Position numbers and translations under genes: made by a program. Shown here piece after piece: positions 26,501-39,817 of a DNA stretch of 64,000 nt. This DNA is from the human T2T-CHM13v2.0 reference genome, Homo sapiens: assembly GCF_009914755.1 (NCBI RefSeq), contig NC_060928.1; one strand, given 5' to 3'. The notes below the pieces were generated by a model, which had not been told where the DNA came from, ran no database searches, and saw only the letters and a list, made by a program, of their open reading frames with translations. Within the stretch, counting starts at the first letter, position 1. Each line of letters opens with the position of its first letter.

Positions 26501-29500
26501 TATTTTTCCTTCCCCTCCCCTTCTTTTTTTCATCTCCTATCTTACGTTAAATGTTTGATTTTTCTCACATATATTTACAGAAAAACATTTCATTTGCCTT
26601 TTACCTTTCACAAAAGTCATTTAGATTTTGACTCTGTCATTCCAAAAGCTTAGTCATGATTTTTTATTCATGGATTCCAGAAACTCATTAACTATCATTT
26701 TTATTACATTACATAGATCATCAGTGGGAAATTTAGATGTCACATGGTCTATAAATTGAGTGTACCACACCTGTAGTATAGGCATGAGTTTCTAGGAATG
26801 GCTTTGCTATTCTTATTATCCAGACTTATCTACTTTGAACTGACCATTTTCTAATAACTCTATTAAATTTTATTTTGCCAAGTGTTATTATGAAACGTAG
26901 CACTTTCTAGAAAGATTTCATCAATATGACATCTTTCAAATCTCCAAAACACTATGAACCTTACATATATTAATTTAGAAATCTGACATATGTACAATAA
27001 GTTCACATGTGTACAAATGTTTCCTTTGAGAATAAATTTGCTATCTCTATTCCTTAATAAGGACTTTAGTTTTGTGTTAATCAAAGGTATTAAGGGGCAG
27101 GTGGTGACATGCTGTCAAGTTAGAGGAGCAGCAGTGCAAACATTCTATTTATTAATGTTATTCATAAAGTTTCTATTGTAAACAGCGTTAAACTACTTAC
27201 TATTCACCAAAAGCGTATAAAAAGTGTATCAGAACTTCAAAATCAATGACATATTGCCCCCTACCCAATGCTACTCTTCAGCAAAGAGGGAAAAAGCTGC
27301 TCCTCAAACTCAGCATGCCATTTTTAAATTCACACTTAAATTTCCACTTGAGGAGGTAAGCCAAAACAAACTAGTTCTCCCTGAGATGCACCATGGGAAT
27401 AAGTGTCCTCCCAACTTTAATAATTATCAGGGTGGAGTCTTTTTCCCACTCCCCTTTTCCTTCTGAATAGGGTTTGCTTACTAGGCCCTAGTTGTTCTCT
27501 ACTCTTCTATTTGCATAATTCACAGAAGTCAACTTGCTGGCTCTATTCTGTCCCATAGAATGATAGTCTTTGTTTGATGAGTACACTGTTCTCTCTTTGT
27601 GGCTATAATTAGGGATACACTACATAAAAATTTTAAAATGAAACAAACATCAGCATTTAGATAGTAGATATTATATTTCCTAATCATACCCTGATTCAAG
27701 ACTGCTTCCTTTACAAATTAACCTAAGTGAATGACTTCAAAACAGTGTAGAAAATATTTATTTAAACATAGGCTAGCTCAAGAATATGTAAATAGCTGTT
27801 ATTGCCATTTGATTCGTTACATGCAATCTATAAAATTACATTACTCACATTACTATAGGTAAGAAGTATATCATTATTTAGTTAACAGATCTTGAAATAA
27901 AAATTAGAAACTGTGGTTTTCTATCCATCCGCAATATTTTATTAATGATTTCATGGGTATTTAGGTAAAGTATTTTCTTCTTCATTTGATACTCTATGCA
28001 ATTCAGCTTAATTCTTCAAATGTCAAATGTTTTTAATATTATTATTTTGATACTTTCTTAACCTAGATACCTAATAAGATATTTTTCTAAAGAAAGTGAT
28101 ACACAAGGCTATAGAACTACTATAAGTAAAAGAAACACTTACATATTCAAATCACACAAAATTTCAAAGACAACCAAATAAGATTGTGCTATATAGACCT
28201 AGTAGCATTGGGGAATAACACTTCTGATCAGGAAATTAATATAAAATAGTATTTTCAAAAGCAAAATATTTGGGCTCAACAACGTGCAGTGAAATTTGAT
28301 TTACAAATATTTTGCCCTAGTGGGATCTTTCTGGAGTTTTATTACACTTGAATTTTCAATTTGATCTACATTTGCTGCAGACTGGTTCACCCAATGGTTG
28401 ATGGCTAATTTTTGAATAACATTGAAGTGCAGGAAATACTACATTTATTCATCTTCATAAAAACTGTGGTTGAATACTCTTGGAAGTATAAGTCTCTATT
28501 AATAACCATATGTCACAGCATGATTTTGTACATTCTTAAATAGTAGTGAACATAAATTTTTAATATAGGACTTTTTTTTTGGCCAAGAATCAGAAGACCC
28601 TTACCTCATTTTTTAAAAAGAAATTATTTGTTAACATATGGAAAATTTGAATTGAATTGCTATCTGAGAAAATAGGGGTCTCTGGTGGCAAACACATACG
28701 ATCACTTATAGCTCCCTTTTTTTGTGAAGGCTACAAATATATCCAAGATGCAAGCATATCTCAAAGGATTGCATTACCTTTCCCTTATTATACATATGTC
28801 AGACTTTTACATGTGCAAATAATACTGAAGTCTGAATTCATACCACTCTATTATGATTGAGGAATATTGGAATATCTGTGCCTTACTAAGAAAATTCTCT
28901 AGATTTCTGTCCAGATGACTGTAACTGGCTAGTTATGATTTTCATGATCTTTTAGAGTCCAGAACTGAACATTCTATAGTCTTCTGGAAGATATGTAGTA
29001 TTTGAACTAGGGTGCCTGACACAAATGTAAAAAGAAATGAGGAAAGTGAAGTACTTTCTAGTGGCCACATAATTAAAAACATGCAATAGATTTGACTATA
29101 ATCTCTTCTTTCCTCAATTTAACTATGAATGAACCAAAGTTAGTTATGATAAATGTTATATGAGAACCAAACATAGCAAACTTACCTATTACACTCAGCA
29201 CTGAACACATGTTAAAGGCTCCACAAATAAAGAGTAAATAAAGTAAATATATAGTTCTACTGAAAGGAGAAAAACTGAATATATTGGTCAAGAAGAGAGA
29301 AAATGAAGTTACACTTAGGTAAAATTGGCTTTCACCAACTGCCTTTTCTGAAAGATTTCCAAAAAGGAACTGAGGGTGGATTTTTTAATCTATTTCTTTT
29401 GCTGGTAAAGATACATGTTGTTCAAAAATGAAAGGGAAAATCAACAGAAAGGGAGCGTAAGACTTTTTAAAAAATATAGTATGGCGTTAGTTTGTAATAG

Positions 29501-29639
29501 TCCCATTCCTTGGTAAACCATATTCTAGAACTGAAAAATCATATTGCCTGTTGAAACATAAGAAATTTTGAATGGTCTGTCCTTTTAAAATAGTTATCAT
29601 TGGTGCTAGATATTACTGATTTAAAATTAAACTTTCCTG

Positions 29640-31012
29640 CATACTAATATAAATAAATGATTAAATAAATACATAGAGAAGAATAGATATGTCTTCCATG
29701 CAAAAAAATTCCAAGGAATTTCTGTAAATACTCTGCCTTTAAGTAGGTGGAACATAACTCTCAACTCAAGTTTGGGCCACACATAGTGACTTCCTTTCAC
29801 AGTATAAAATAAAATGGAGAAACACAGTAACTTTGCAATGGAGAAAACTGACAAATACTACCTAAGCTAGGTAATCAAGGTCAATATCAACAATAATAAA
29901 TCACATTGATATTATCTATCCTTGATATGACGTGATGGAAATGGCACTTTACTTTTGTGGTCTCCCCAAAACATGTAACTCTAGTCTAATCATAAGAAAA
30001 ATATCAAACAGATACTTCTAGAGTAGCATTATGTAAAACACCTGATCAGTACTACCCAGACCAGTCAAGGTCATACAAAACAAGGAATGCTTGATGTAGG
30101 AACTGAGGGCTTGGCCCTCTGAAGTGTCACTGAAAATCACTGACATGAAGCAGATTAATAGGAGAAAAGGTATACAAATTTATTTAATGTGCATACATGG
30201 GAGCCTTCAGATTGAAGACCCAGAGATTCAGGGGAAATTGTCCATTTTTATGCTTAGGTTCAACAACATATGGACAGCCATGTAGAAATATGACTGGACA
30301 AAAAATGGTATGATCTAATCCTAAGAGACTGAGTGGGGAACCCAGTAAGGCTGACTGTCTGGATTCTTCTTGGCCTGAGCATTCATTCCTTCCTTCTGGG
30401 TGATGGGCTGGACCCTCACTGGAAAAGGAGTCTTGTGAACTACAGTCAAACAAGATAGTTTGATCTTAAAAAGATAACTTTTATATGGCCAGTTTTTAGA
30501 CAAAAATGAGGAGGGATAATTGGAGTAGTATTTTTAGGTATTTTGGTTGACTCTGGGGATAAGAGGTTCTGGTTTCTAAGACCTGACTTGGTGAAGAGAG
30601 ATTCTAGTTTCTATATAGGTAGCCTTAGGGAGAATGGGGCTGAGAGACAAGAGGGAAGGAGGGCAGAGAAAAATTTTTGCTTCTGAGTTGATTCTGAGGC
30701 TTTCATTTTGGGGTATTGTTTTCTGAGCTCCAACACTGCCCAGAGGAGTTAGGAAGTAAAGACAACTAGTAATATGGTATCCTGGAAGAGATCCTCGAGT
30801 GAAAAAAGAGCATTCAGTAAAAACTAAGGAAATCTGAAAAATAAAGGATGGACATGAGTTAATAATAAGGTTTCAGTGTTATTCATTGTGATCATACCAA
30901 TGTAAGATATTAAAAATAGAGGAAACTGGATGTGGGATATGTAGGAACTCTGTACTATCTTCACAATCTTTCTGTAAATCTAAAACTGTTCTAAATGACA
31001 AACTTTATTAGA
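29640..31012 (+). mobile_element. L1MC/L1MD 3' UTR, interrupted by MER39
   Basis: catagtgacttcctttca...gtcaaggtcatacaaaacaaggaa resumes after the LTR and ends ggaactctgtactatcttcacaatctttctgtaaatctaaaactgttcta. Confidence 0.75.
30095..30735 (-). mobile_element. MER39-type ERV1 solo LTR
   Basis: TG...CA termini; reverse complement begins tgttggagctcagaaaacaataccccaaaatgaaagcctcagaa. Confidence 0.8.
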
Positions 31013-32867
31013 ATTTACAAAAGAATTCCAAAATAATTTAAAAAATATATTTCTATACTAAAAATAGATTATTCTCATAGAACTTCAAACGCAAAAAATG
31101 TATTTTTAGTATTTAGTCATCAATCTAGTGTTTCATTTATGCCCAAATATTTATTTACAAAGCTGTTAATTCACTGTTTTGGGTGTCAAGATAGAGAAAA
31201 TATCATCAGATTAATAAGGCCTGTCATAAAGTTGAAGAGGAAAATGTCAACTAAAATTTTAAGACAGTAGATGGTTTTAAGCTATTAAAGGGTTAATTAA
31301 AACTTTTTATATATTAATGCTTATTAATGTCTAAATTATTGTATTCCATTTATTTTTGGAAGGAATTAATTTTGGATATAAGTATGTCAATATGAATTTT
31401 AATATAGGATAGTTGATTCAAGCTAATATGACTTATTGTGAATTTTGGTTTTGTGTTTGTATCTGATTGCAAAGGTATAAATTTTGAATACAACAAAATA
31501 TTAAATATTCAAAATACTTAAACTTACATTTATTAAGCAAGATAAAATGTTACTGTTTCAGCCAAAGCATTAATACTGTATGAACATGCTCTCTTCTATT
31601 AAATGCAAGTTTAATTATCTTAATTATTCTGGCTCAGTTAGAATTTTATTATGTTGTATCTATGCTGCCACATTGATAAATACCTCTAGGTGCACAATCA
31701 TAGCTACTATATTTTCATATGTGATGACTTTCCTAAATTGGGCATTTTATTTTTATAAAAATTTTATGTTGATTACATGTAGTATGAAGCTTTTAAAGTG
31801 AATTAAAGATTTTGAAAATAATCTTCTCAGTGAAAACTGAAATAGAACTAATCTATATTTTTTAAAAGCTGAATAAATTGTCAAAAAGTGAGCAGTATTA
31901 ATAATGACAGGCAATTTATTAATGATCAGGTCATGAACACGGAAGAACACTAAGCATGGAAACAGAACAGATTGAAAGAAATACTTACATGTTATTAATC
32001 AAATATTTGTAAAATATGTATCATTTCTATCTAAAAAACCAGGTAAACCTCTAATTCCAGATCCTGGGTCAAAATGGATATCTCTGGCTTATATATTTTT
32101 GTATACCTCTCTTGATAAAGAAAATAATCTGAGTTGCAGTATTTTATTTCCAGTCATGATTTGGGATGAGAGCAGAGTAGCCTGACATTCACAATACTTC
32201 AGTGGCAATTACAGCACAGTTAATATATCAATTTAATTAAATTCTTATAGTGATTCATGATATAAAATATCAAAATAAGTTACCTTGCACAGAAATAGAC
32301 AAAAGATCAATGTTGTGGGCAGAGATACAATGAATTAAATTAAAGTATAACTGTCATCTACTGAAAGGATTGTGTACATAAGTAGGGTTTTTTTTTGGTA
32401 AAGCAATCACTTAGAAAGACATCATTTAGGAAAATTAGCTAAGATAGATCTCAGAAGGTTCCAGAGACTCCTAAAATCAGCCTTAAAGCAAAATCTAAAT
32501 TTTTTATCTTATTGTTAATGAAGAATCAAATAACTATCTTTGCATTAAATAAAAATAAATGAATTTTTTCCTTATGTTTTACTAAACATAATACAAAATT
32601 TTGCATTTTCAGATGTGATTTGCCATTAAATTTCAGCGTTTTTAAGTAAACCGATATCATTACAATCCTCATGGAAAAGCTAACATCAGAGAAAACATCT
32701 GTGTGTCAAAGAGAGAAGAGAGAAAAAGTGGCATCAGTGAATGAGTTGATCAGGTTTGCTCATCTTACTACCGCTTTGAACTAAGTCTGTTCATGTAATT
32801 CTACAACATTTCAGAAGGAAAGCTGCTGTTTTCTTCTGCTGACAAAGGCAGTAGGGGCTTGAGCAAT

Positions 32868-32952
32868 GAAAAAAAAAAACAAGATAAGATAGAAAAGAAG
32901 AAAGAAGGGAAGAAAGAAGGAAAGAAAGAAAAGAGAGAGAGAAAGAAAGAAA
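32868..32952. repeat. A/GA-rich purine tract, degenerate (GAAA)n
   Basis: Read directly. Confidence 0.8.
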
Positions 32953-33130
32953 ATGCCATCAGTATCCTATGTGAGTCTTACTGCTTACAGTGTGCTAAAA
33001 AATTAATAATTGGTACTTTTACATGTCAATGGTTTATAAATAAATTTGTGATCATGTGTTTCTCTCCTTTTGGCTCTAAGCATCTTCATCTGGAAAAAAG
33101 AATGAGTTGAGTTGTGTTTTACTCAGATAC

Positions 33131-33442
<312 letters not shown>

Positions 33443-33466
33443 TAATGATACGTTTTATAGACTATT

Positions 33467-34136
33467 TGTGAACCTAAAATATCTGAGACAGGTCTCAACC
33501 AATTTAGGAAGTTTATTTTGCCAAGATTAAGGACCCAGTCATGACACAGCCTCAGGAAGTCCTAAGGATGTGTGCCCAAGGTGGTCAGGGTACAGATTGC
33601 TTTTATACATTTTAGGGAGACATATTAATCAATACGTACAAGATGTACATTGGTTCAGTCCAGTAAAGCAGGCCAACTCAAAGGTGAGGAGGTGGTGTTT
33701 CAGGTCATAGGTAGATAAGAGATAAAAGAGGTTGCATTCTTTTGAGTCCTTGATCAGCCTTTCACTGAAGACACAATTTAGTCTGGCTCAGTGAATCTGC
33801 ATTTTTAACATAAACAATAGGGCAGAGAAAGCAATCAGGTATGTATTTGTCTCAGGAGAGCAGAGGGATGACTTTCTGTCCTACACCTGTGAAGAGAGGC
33901 TATTAGTTTACATGGCCAGGATGAAATTCAATACAACTGTTTTAAGGCAAAGATCTTGAGGCCCATAAGGAATTTCCTTGAGAATAAATTGTGAGGGAGG
34001 TATGTAGCTCTTTTTTCTTTTTAGCTATCTTATTTAGGAGTTAAAATGGGAGGCAGATTTGCCTGATGTAGTTCCCAGCTTGACTTTTCCCTTGGCTTAG
34101 TGATTTTGGGGTTCTGAGATTTATTTTTCTTTCACA
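33467..34136 (-). mobile_element. MER4A-type ERV1 solo LTR
   Basis: tgtgaacctaaaatatctgagacaggtctcaa ... ggcttagtgattttggggttctgagatttatttttctttcaca; TG...CA termini. Confidence 0.88.
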
Positions 34137-34259
34137 GTTTTATGGTGAAGAAATCATACCTAGCTCAGTTCCTGTGCTGTAATTTTAGTTTAGTTACTGC
34201 TAGAGTAATGAGTAATCATTAACTTATAAAGTATTTTGCTTTATTTAATCAAGCAAAAT

Positions 34260-34261
<2 letters not shown>

Positions 34262-34297
<36 letters not shown>
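34262..34297. repeat. (GT)18 microsatellite
   Basis: Read directly. Confidence 0.95.
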
Positions 34298-34299
<2 letters not shown>

Positions 34300-34420
34300 T
34301 AGTTCTGAAATCTTCCAGCCAGTTAAAAAATATTAGGACATTTCTGGACATGTCCTTTAGAAATAAATTACCAAATATTCCCCCAAAAATTGGGTTTTCA
34401 CTCTCACCTTCAATAATAAT

Positions 34421-35041
34421 TGTAAGGGAGAGAAAAACTTTCCTTCTACTCTCAGAAGGTTTGATAATTGAGTCTGTGAAATAACCTGACAGTAAACAGA
34501 TTAACCGGAGAAAAATCATTTTAATTATGTGCATACGCATAGGAGCGCCACAACATTTGAGACTCAAAGAAGGGCCAGATGACTGAAGTTATATAATATC
34601 TCGAGGTACAGCAAGGAGTAGGAGTTCGGGGCCCTTGTGGTGGTGACAGTGACACAAGTTATGCAAGGGGGAGGGGAGAACATGCATGGCGAACAAGATT
34701 GTCTTGTTATGCATAGAAAAGTCTTTCAGGTATGAGAGGAGCCCATGGAAAGAATAGGTGACAGCCTGTGACAACGTCTGTCTGGGCATGGAGTTTCTTC
34801 TCCCTGGACTCACCCTTCCCTGGTTAATGAGATTCCTGGGGAGCGGGTTTGTGAAAATTGAGGATCTATCATTTGACAGATAAGGGAACTTTAGAGAACC
34901 CCCCACCTTACACTTCAGGAAAGAAAGAGGAGCAAGAGACAGGCGCAAATGAAATAATCAGACAGAACTTGGTTCTCCTTTGGTTCAAAGCACTCAGCAT
35001 GCCAAAGCACCATACTTTGGGATATTTGCTGAATGCCAACA
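34421..35041 (-). mobile_element. MER34-family ERV1 solo LTR
   Basis: TG...CA termini; aaacagattaaccggagaaaa and cagcatgccaaagcaccatactttggg...ccaaca are typical of MER34-like LTRs. Confidence 0.7.
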
Positions 35042-35874
35042 TAATCTACTATGTTGAAAAACTCCCCTGGTTATGCTAGTAGTATGTAATAGCACTGACA
35101 CTAGGAAAAGATAACAAATAAGCAAAGAAAATAGAGTTCCATTTCTCTAACAGGACGGCTGAGTCACTTCTCACTAAAAATTAAGATTAGTCATAACAGA
35201 AAATCTCAAATTACAGTAGATAAGTTTCACATCATTTATGTATCAAGTCATTCATGGTAGATAAATTTCAAGTCAGAAGTTTATTTCCCTCTCACATAAA
35301 TATTGGCAGACCATGATTAATGTGGTGGCTCTATTATCCTTAGGGACCCAAGCTCCTTTTATGTGCTACCATCTTTAACAAGTAGTTTCCACCTCATTTT
35401 GCAAGATAGCTACGTATCACATCCACATTCCAGATTTACAGAATTTATGCTACCATCTTGCTTACATTCCCGGGTCATATCTAGCTCCAGAAATGGTTGA
35501 CAAATAACATATTTTTGGCAGTCCATTTGCCCAGTTTGAGTTTATGGACTTCATTGTTGAGAAAGTAGGATATTGGGAGATACCTCACAGATACTAGAAG
35601 ACAACTGGTAGCCTCTGCTGCCAGTCTATCCTTGGGCAAAATGTCCCTACATGTTAAATATACTCATTCTTCTATCCTAAGGTATCTTCTGGTTCTAGTC
35701 AACTATAAAACAAAAGACAAGATTATCTTCTCTTTGCACCCAGTGTAGACCTGTGGGGCAGGATTAAAATAACCACAGTAAAAGTTTCCACTGGGAAAAA
35801 GAAAAAATGTCAAATATTTACCAGTTACTAGTTCATTTTCAATTTTATGCACTCATCTGAGGTGATTTTTTTAT

Positions 35875-37268
35875 TAGTAATTTTCTAACTCAGTAGACCT
35901 TAATTTAAAAAAAAAATCTGAGGACCCTTTTGCAGTTTTATAAATTCCTGAGTTACACGTTATTACATTCATCAGTTATTGAGAAGAGCAAGGAGCCTAT
36001 TAAAATATAGGGTATGTCTATCAATATTTGCTGCTTTATAAAATTGAGACTTAAAAATTATTTATTGGCTAATTTATTCAAAATAACAACCGTGGCACAT
36101 GTTAACATAGTCTTAGAAAAAAATGAGGAGTGGCATCATTTAAACATTGGCAAATCTTCTTAATGTCTGACTTAACAGAAGACAACTGAATCATGATATC
36201 TGCTTCTGCATTCAATGTATTGATGTTAGTGAAGTAGATGAAGAAAATCCAGCTTTGCATAGCTAGAAAGTTGGAAAGGAGAGATGCTTAAGCAGCCTTT
36301 TTGGAAAACTGTGGTTATTTTTCTTTGATGGTACACCAAAACTTGATGAATGGAAGTTTCTTAAAGGTTAGTTGCAATGTGAAATCTGAAATCAAATTAA
36401 TTTTTTATACTCAGTTACAATAAAATGCAGTTGTGTGTTTTGCATTTGAAATGGTCTTCTTACCACATTCATGGGTATTTGGAAAATACTGGTTTCCTGG
36501 GTTAATAAGGTTTTCCAAACGTTTACACGCTTCATTATGTAATATGAAAAAAATTCATATTTGTTAATATCACCACAGAAAAGCCTTTACCGGACTGGAA
36601 AGCTGTCATGCTCTTGGTCATAGATATAATTTTCCAAAATTCTAATTTTTGCTTGAAAGCTCAAATCTTATCATTGGCAACAAATAGCATCAGTTATTTT
36701 CCTTGAAGGGACAGATTTGCTTTGTTCATTTTAGAAAAAGTGTCTCTCCAATATTCATGTCAGCATAACCATAGTTTGTCAATCATTCTTTCTAGTAAAA
36801 ATGATGTTGCATGGAATAAGGGGCTAGGCCAGTTAATATCAGTGCTTTTTTTTTTTTTTTTTTTTCAAAACAACCATCATACTTCTGTAAGCAACAGAGG
36901 TGCTTAATGCGTACCTCATATTTCATCACATAAAATATTACAACAAAGTACTCCAGAGTCAAGTTTTAATAAGATAATTTTTAGTGTTTCATCAAGGATA
37001 TTATGAGTGAAACTGTGTCTGTGTATGAAACTGTATGATGAAGAAAAATGACTATTAGTTTAATTTGTTGACATTGCCTTCATTCCTTTTAAAAGTCACA
37101 GCCATTTTACCATCATTGCTTTTGAAATTTCAATGCAAATGTTTACAGAGGAAAAAAAATAACAGGCAAATGATGTCTTAGTATTATGAGGAGCACCTTA
37201 ACCTCACAAATCCCTTGAAAGGATCTTGGGAATACCCAGCAGGACCTCAAATCACTGTGAGGTTACAG
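35875..37268 (-). mobile_element. Charlie1a (hAT DNA transposon deletion derivative)
   Basis: About 1.4 kb with Charlie1 phrases (gcaaatcttcttaatgtctgacttaacagaagaca, gtttcttaaaggttagttgcaatgtgaaatctgaaa, atcattctttctagtaaaaatgatgtt); the right end matches the Charlie1a start in reverse complement. Confidence 0.8.
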
Positions 37269-38354
37269 CATGAACATTTACATTACTTACGGATGCTGCC
37301 TCATTGCACAATTTTTATTTTCATCAAAATTTTTGGTGTGACTGGCTTTGACATTATAACCAACACTTGTTTTATTAAAAGTATAAATCTTTGTCTATCT
37401 GATAGAAAAATCTCAATGTTACCTTAATTTGCTTTTCTTTCACTATAAGTAAAGATGAAGATCTTTTCTATTTACTATTCACTATGATGCTAGTGCTGGG
37501 ATAAAGAAACAGTTCCATGGGACAGAATGAAGGATTTATAAAGTGACTTAGGTTCATGAGGGAACAGAATTTATGATCAAGGTTGTATTTTCTTAATGGT
37601 AATCACTTGGGAAGGAGCTAGAAACTTTAAATGATATTGGGATAACTGGCTAGCTACTCAAAAGCTAGATAGAGCTCTCATTTACATATTGCATAAAACA
37701 TTCTGAATGTATAAAAGATTAAAATGGTAAAAATTTCAATCCATAAAGTAGAAGAGGGTAATTAATTTTAATATTTTATATTTGAAACATCTGTTGAAAT
37801 ACAACACAGGACAATCAGAAGACTTAAGGAAAATAAATGATAAACCTGACCATACAAAATTACTTAAATTTCTAAATGGCAAAAAAGCACAAAATAAATA
37901 CTAACAATAATATGGGAAATATACACATTTAACATATACCACACACAATTATACTATTTAATATATTATGTACTACTATAAATCTGTAAAAAAAAAAACC
38001 TCTTATAAAAACCTTATAAAAAAAGACACAGGAAATGTATGTAGGCAATTGAAGTAGATTATAAAAACAATTTTAGGGCCATTGTATTCTAGGGATATTT
38101 GAAGTCAATCTCTCTCATTTATAGATGAGGAATCTAAAGTCCAGGGAGGCATATATAAAAGTTAAAGTTTTTTACTCTCCATTAAGTACTTTAAACACTA
38201 TAGGTTACTTATTTGTTTCTACTAAGTAACGAAGTTACCCAAATCAGATTTATAGTCAAATATATACGAATATGTCAAATATGTATATTTGACAAATATA
38301 TATGAATACATGACAAACATATTTGACATATATTTAGTCAAAAACAAAATATGA

Positions 38355-38660
<306 letters not shown>

Positions 38661-39747
38661 AAATCTTTTATATATAGATCTCATATATGAGATAAATGTA
38701 TATATCATATATAAATATATATATCTCAAATATATTTGACATATATTCATATGTCAAATACATCACAAAATATGAATCTTTTATATATAGATCTCACATA
38801 TATATGTAATATATATATCATATATATCTCACTCGGTGACCCTGTATAAAAATGCAAATGGCATAGGATGAGCTTTAGCTGTTTGCAACTGATAGGTTTT
38901 TAAAAACAGATTAACATTATCTAAAAATAGATTAACTGTATTGAAATTGAAACTATCTGCTCCCAATATATAGGGCTAGATGTAGTGGTTGAGAACTTAG
39001 GCTCTCAAGACCAACGTTTCCAGTTGGAATCTTGCTTTCAAAACGTGAGTAACCTGAACAACTTACTGAAACCCTATATGTCTCAGCTTCCTAATGTGTC
39101 ATCCTAGTTCCTAAAGTTGTTGTATTAACTTCTACTTAAAGAGCTTATGACAAGCTGTGACATACAGTAAATGCCCAGTAATTGTCGGCTATTATTATTT
39201 TCATCATTATTAATAGATGGGGGCAGTTCTGGTGACCATAAACAGCTCTCCCTTTTGTGCATGGTTCCACTGTGGATTAGAAGCATGTCTTATCTTATTG
39301 TGCACCACTACAGAAATGATCTGCATATAGAATTGATTTCTACAGAAAGTCTGTAACCTACTTATCTTCATAGCGTATCAAGTAACATGATGAATGAACC
39401 CCAGGTGTATATTATCAGTACAAGTTTGGAGAAAAGGTTTAGGGTCCTTTAGGATAATGAAAATGAAATGTATTTATTCATCTTTTATTTGAGGAAGAAC
39501 TTAAAGACTTAGTTCAAAAGTTGATGCAAAAGTGAGGTGAGAGATCAAATGAGATAATCAGGGAATACAAATCAGTTGATTTTATACTCAGATTATATCT
39601 ACACACCCTCCTATTTGTCCTGTTTGTATTTCTCACTGTAAGGCTACTTTCAACTTGACCTTACTGTTCTTTGAAAAGTCTTCTGGAAACACTACAAAAG
39701 CTGACAAATTTTTCCAGGCTAGATTTGTAGCATTCTAATGTAGCCTG

Positions 39748-39817
39748 GAAATGAAATTGAACTGGAAATCATCTATGCATACGAAATGAAATTGAACTGG
39801 AAATCATCTATGCATAC
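39748..39817. repeat. Perfect 35-bp tandem duplication
   Basis: GAAATGAAATTGAACTGGAAATCATCTATGCATAC at 39748 and 39783. Confidence 0.95.
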
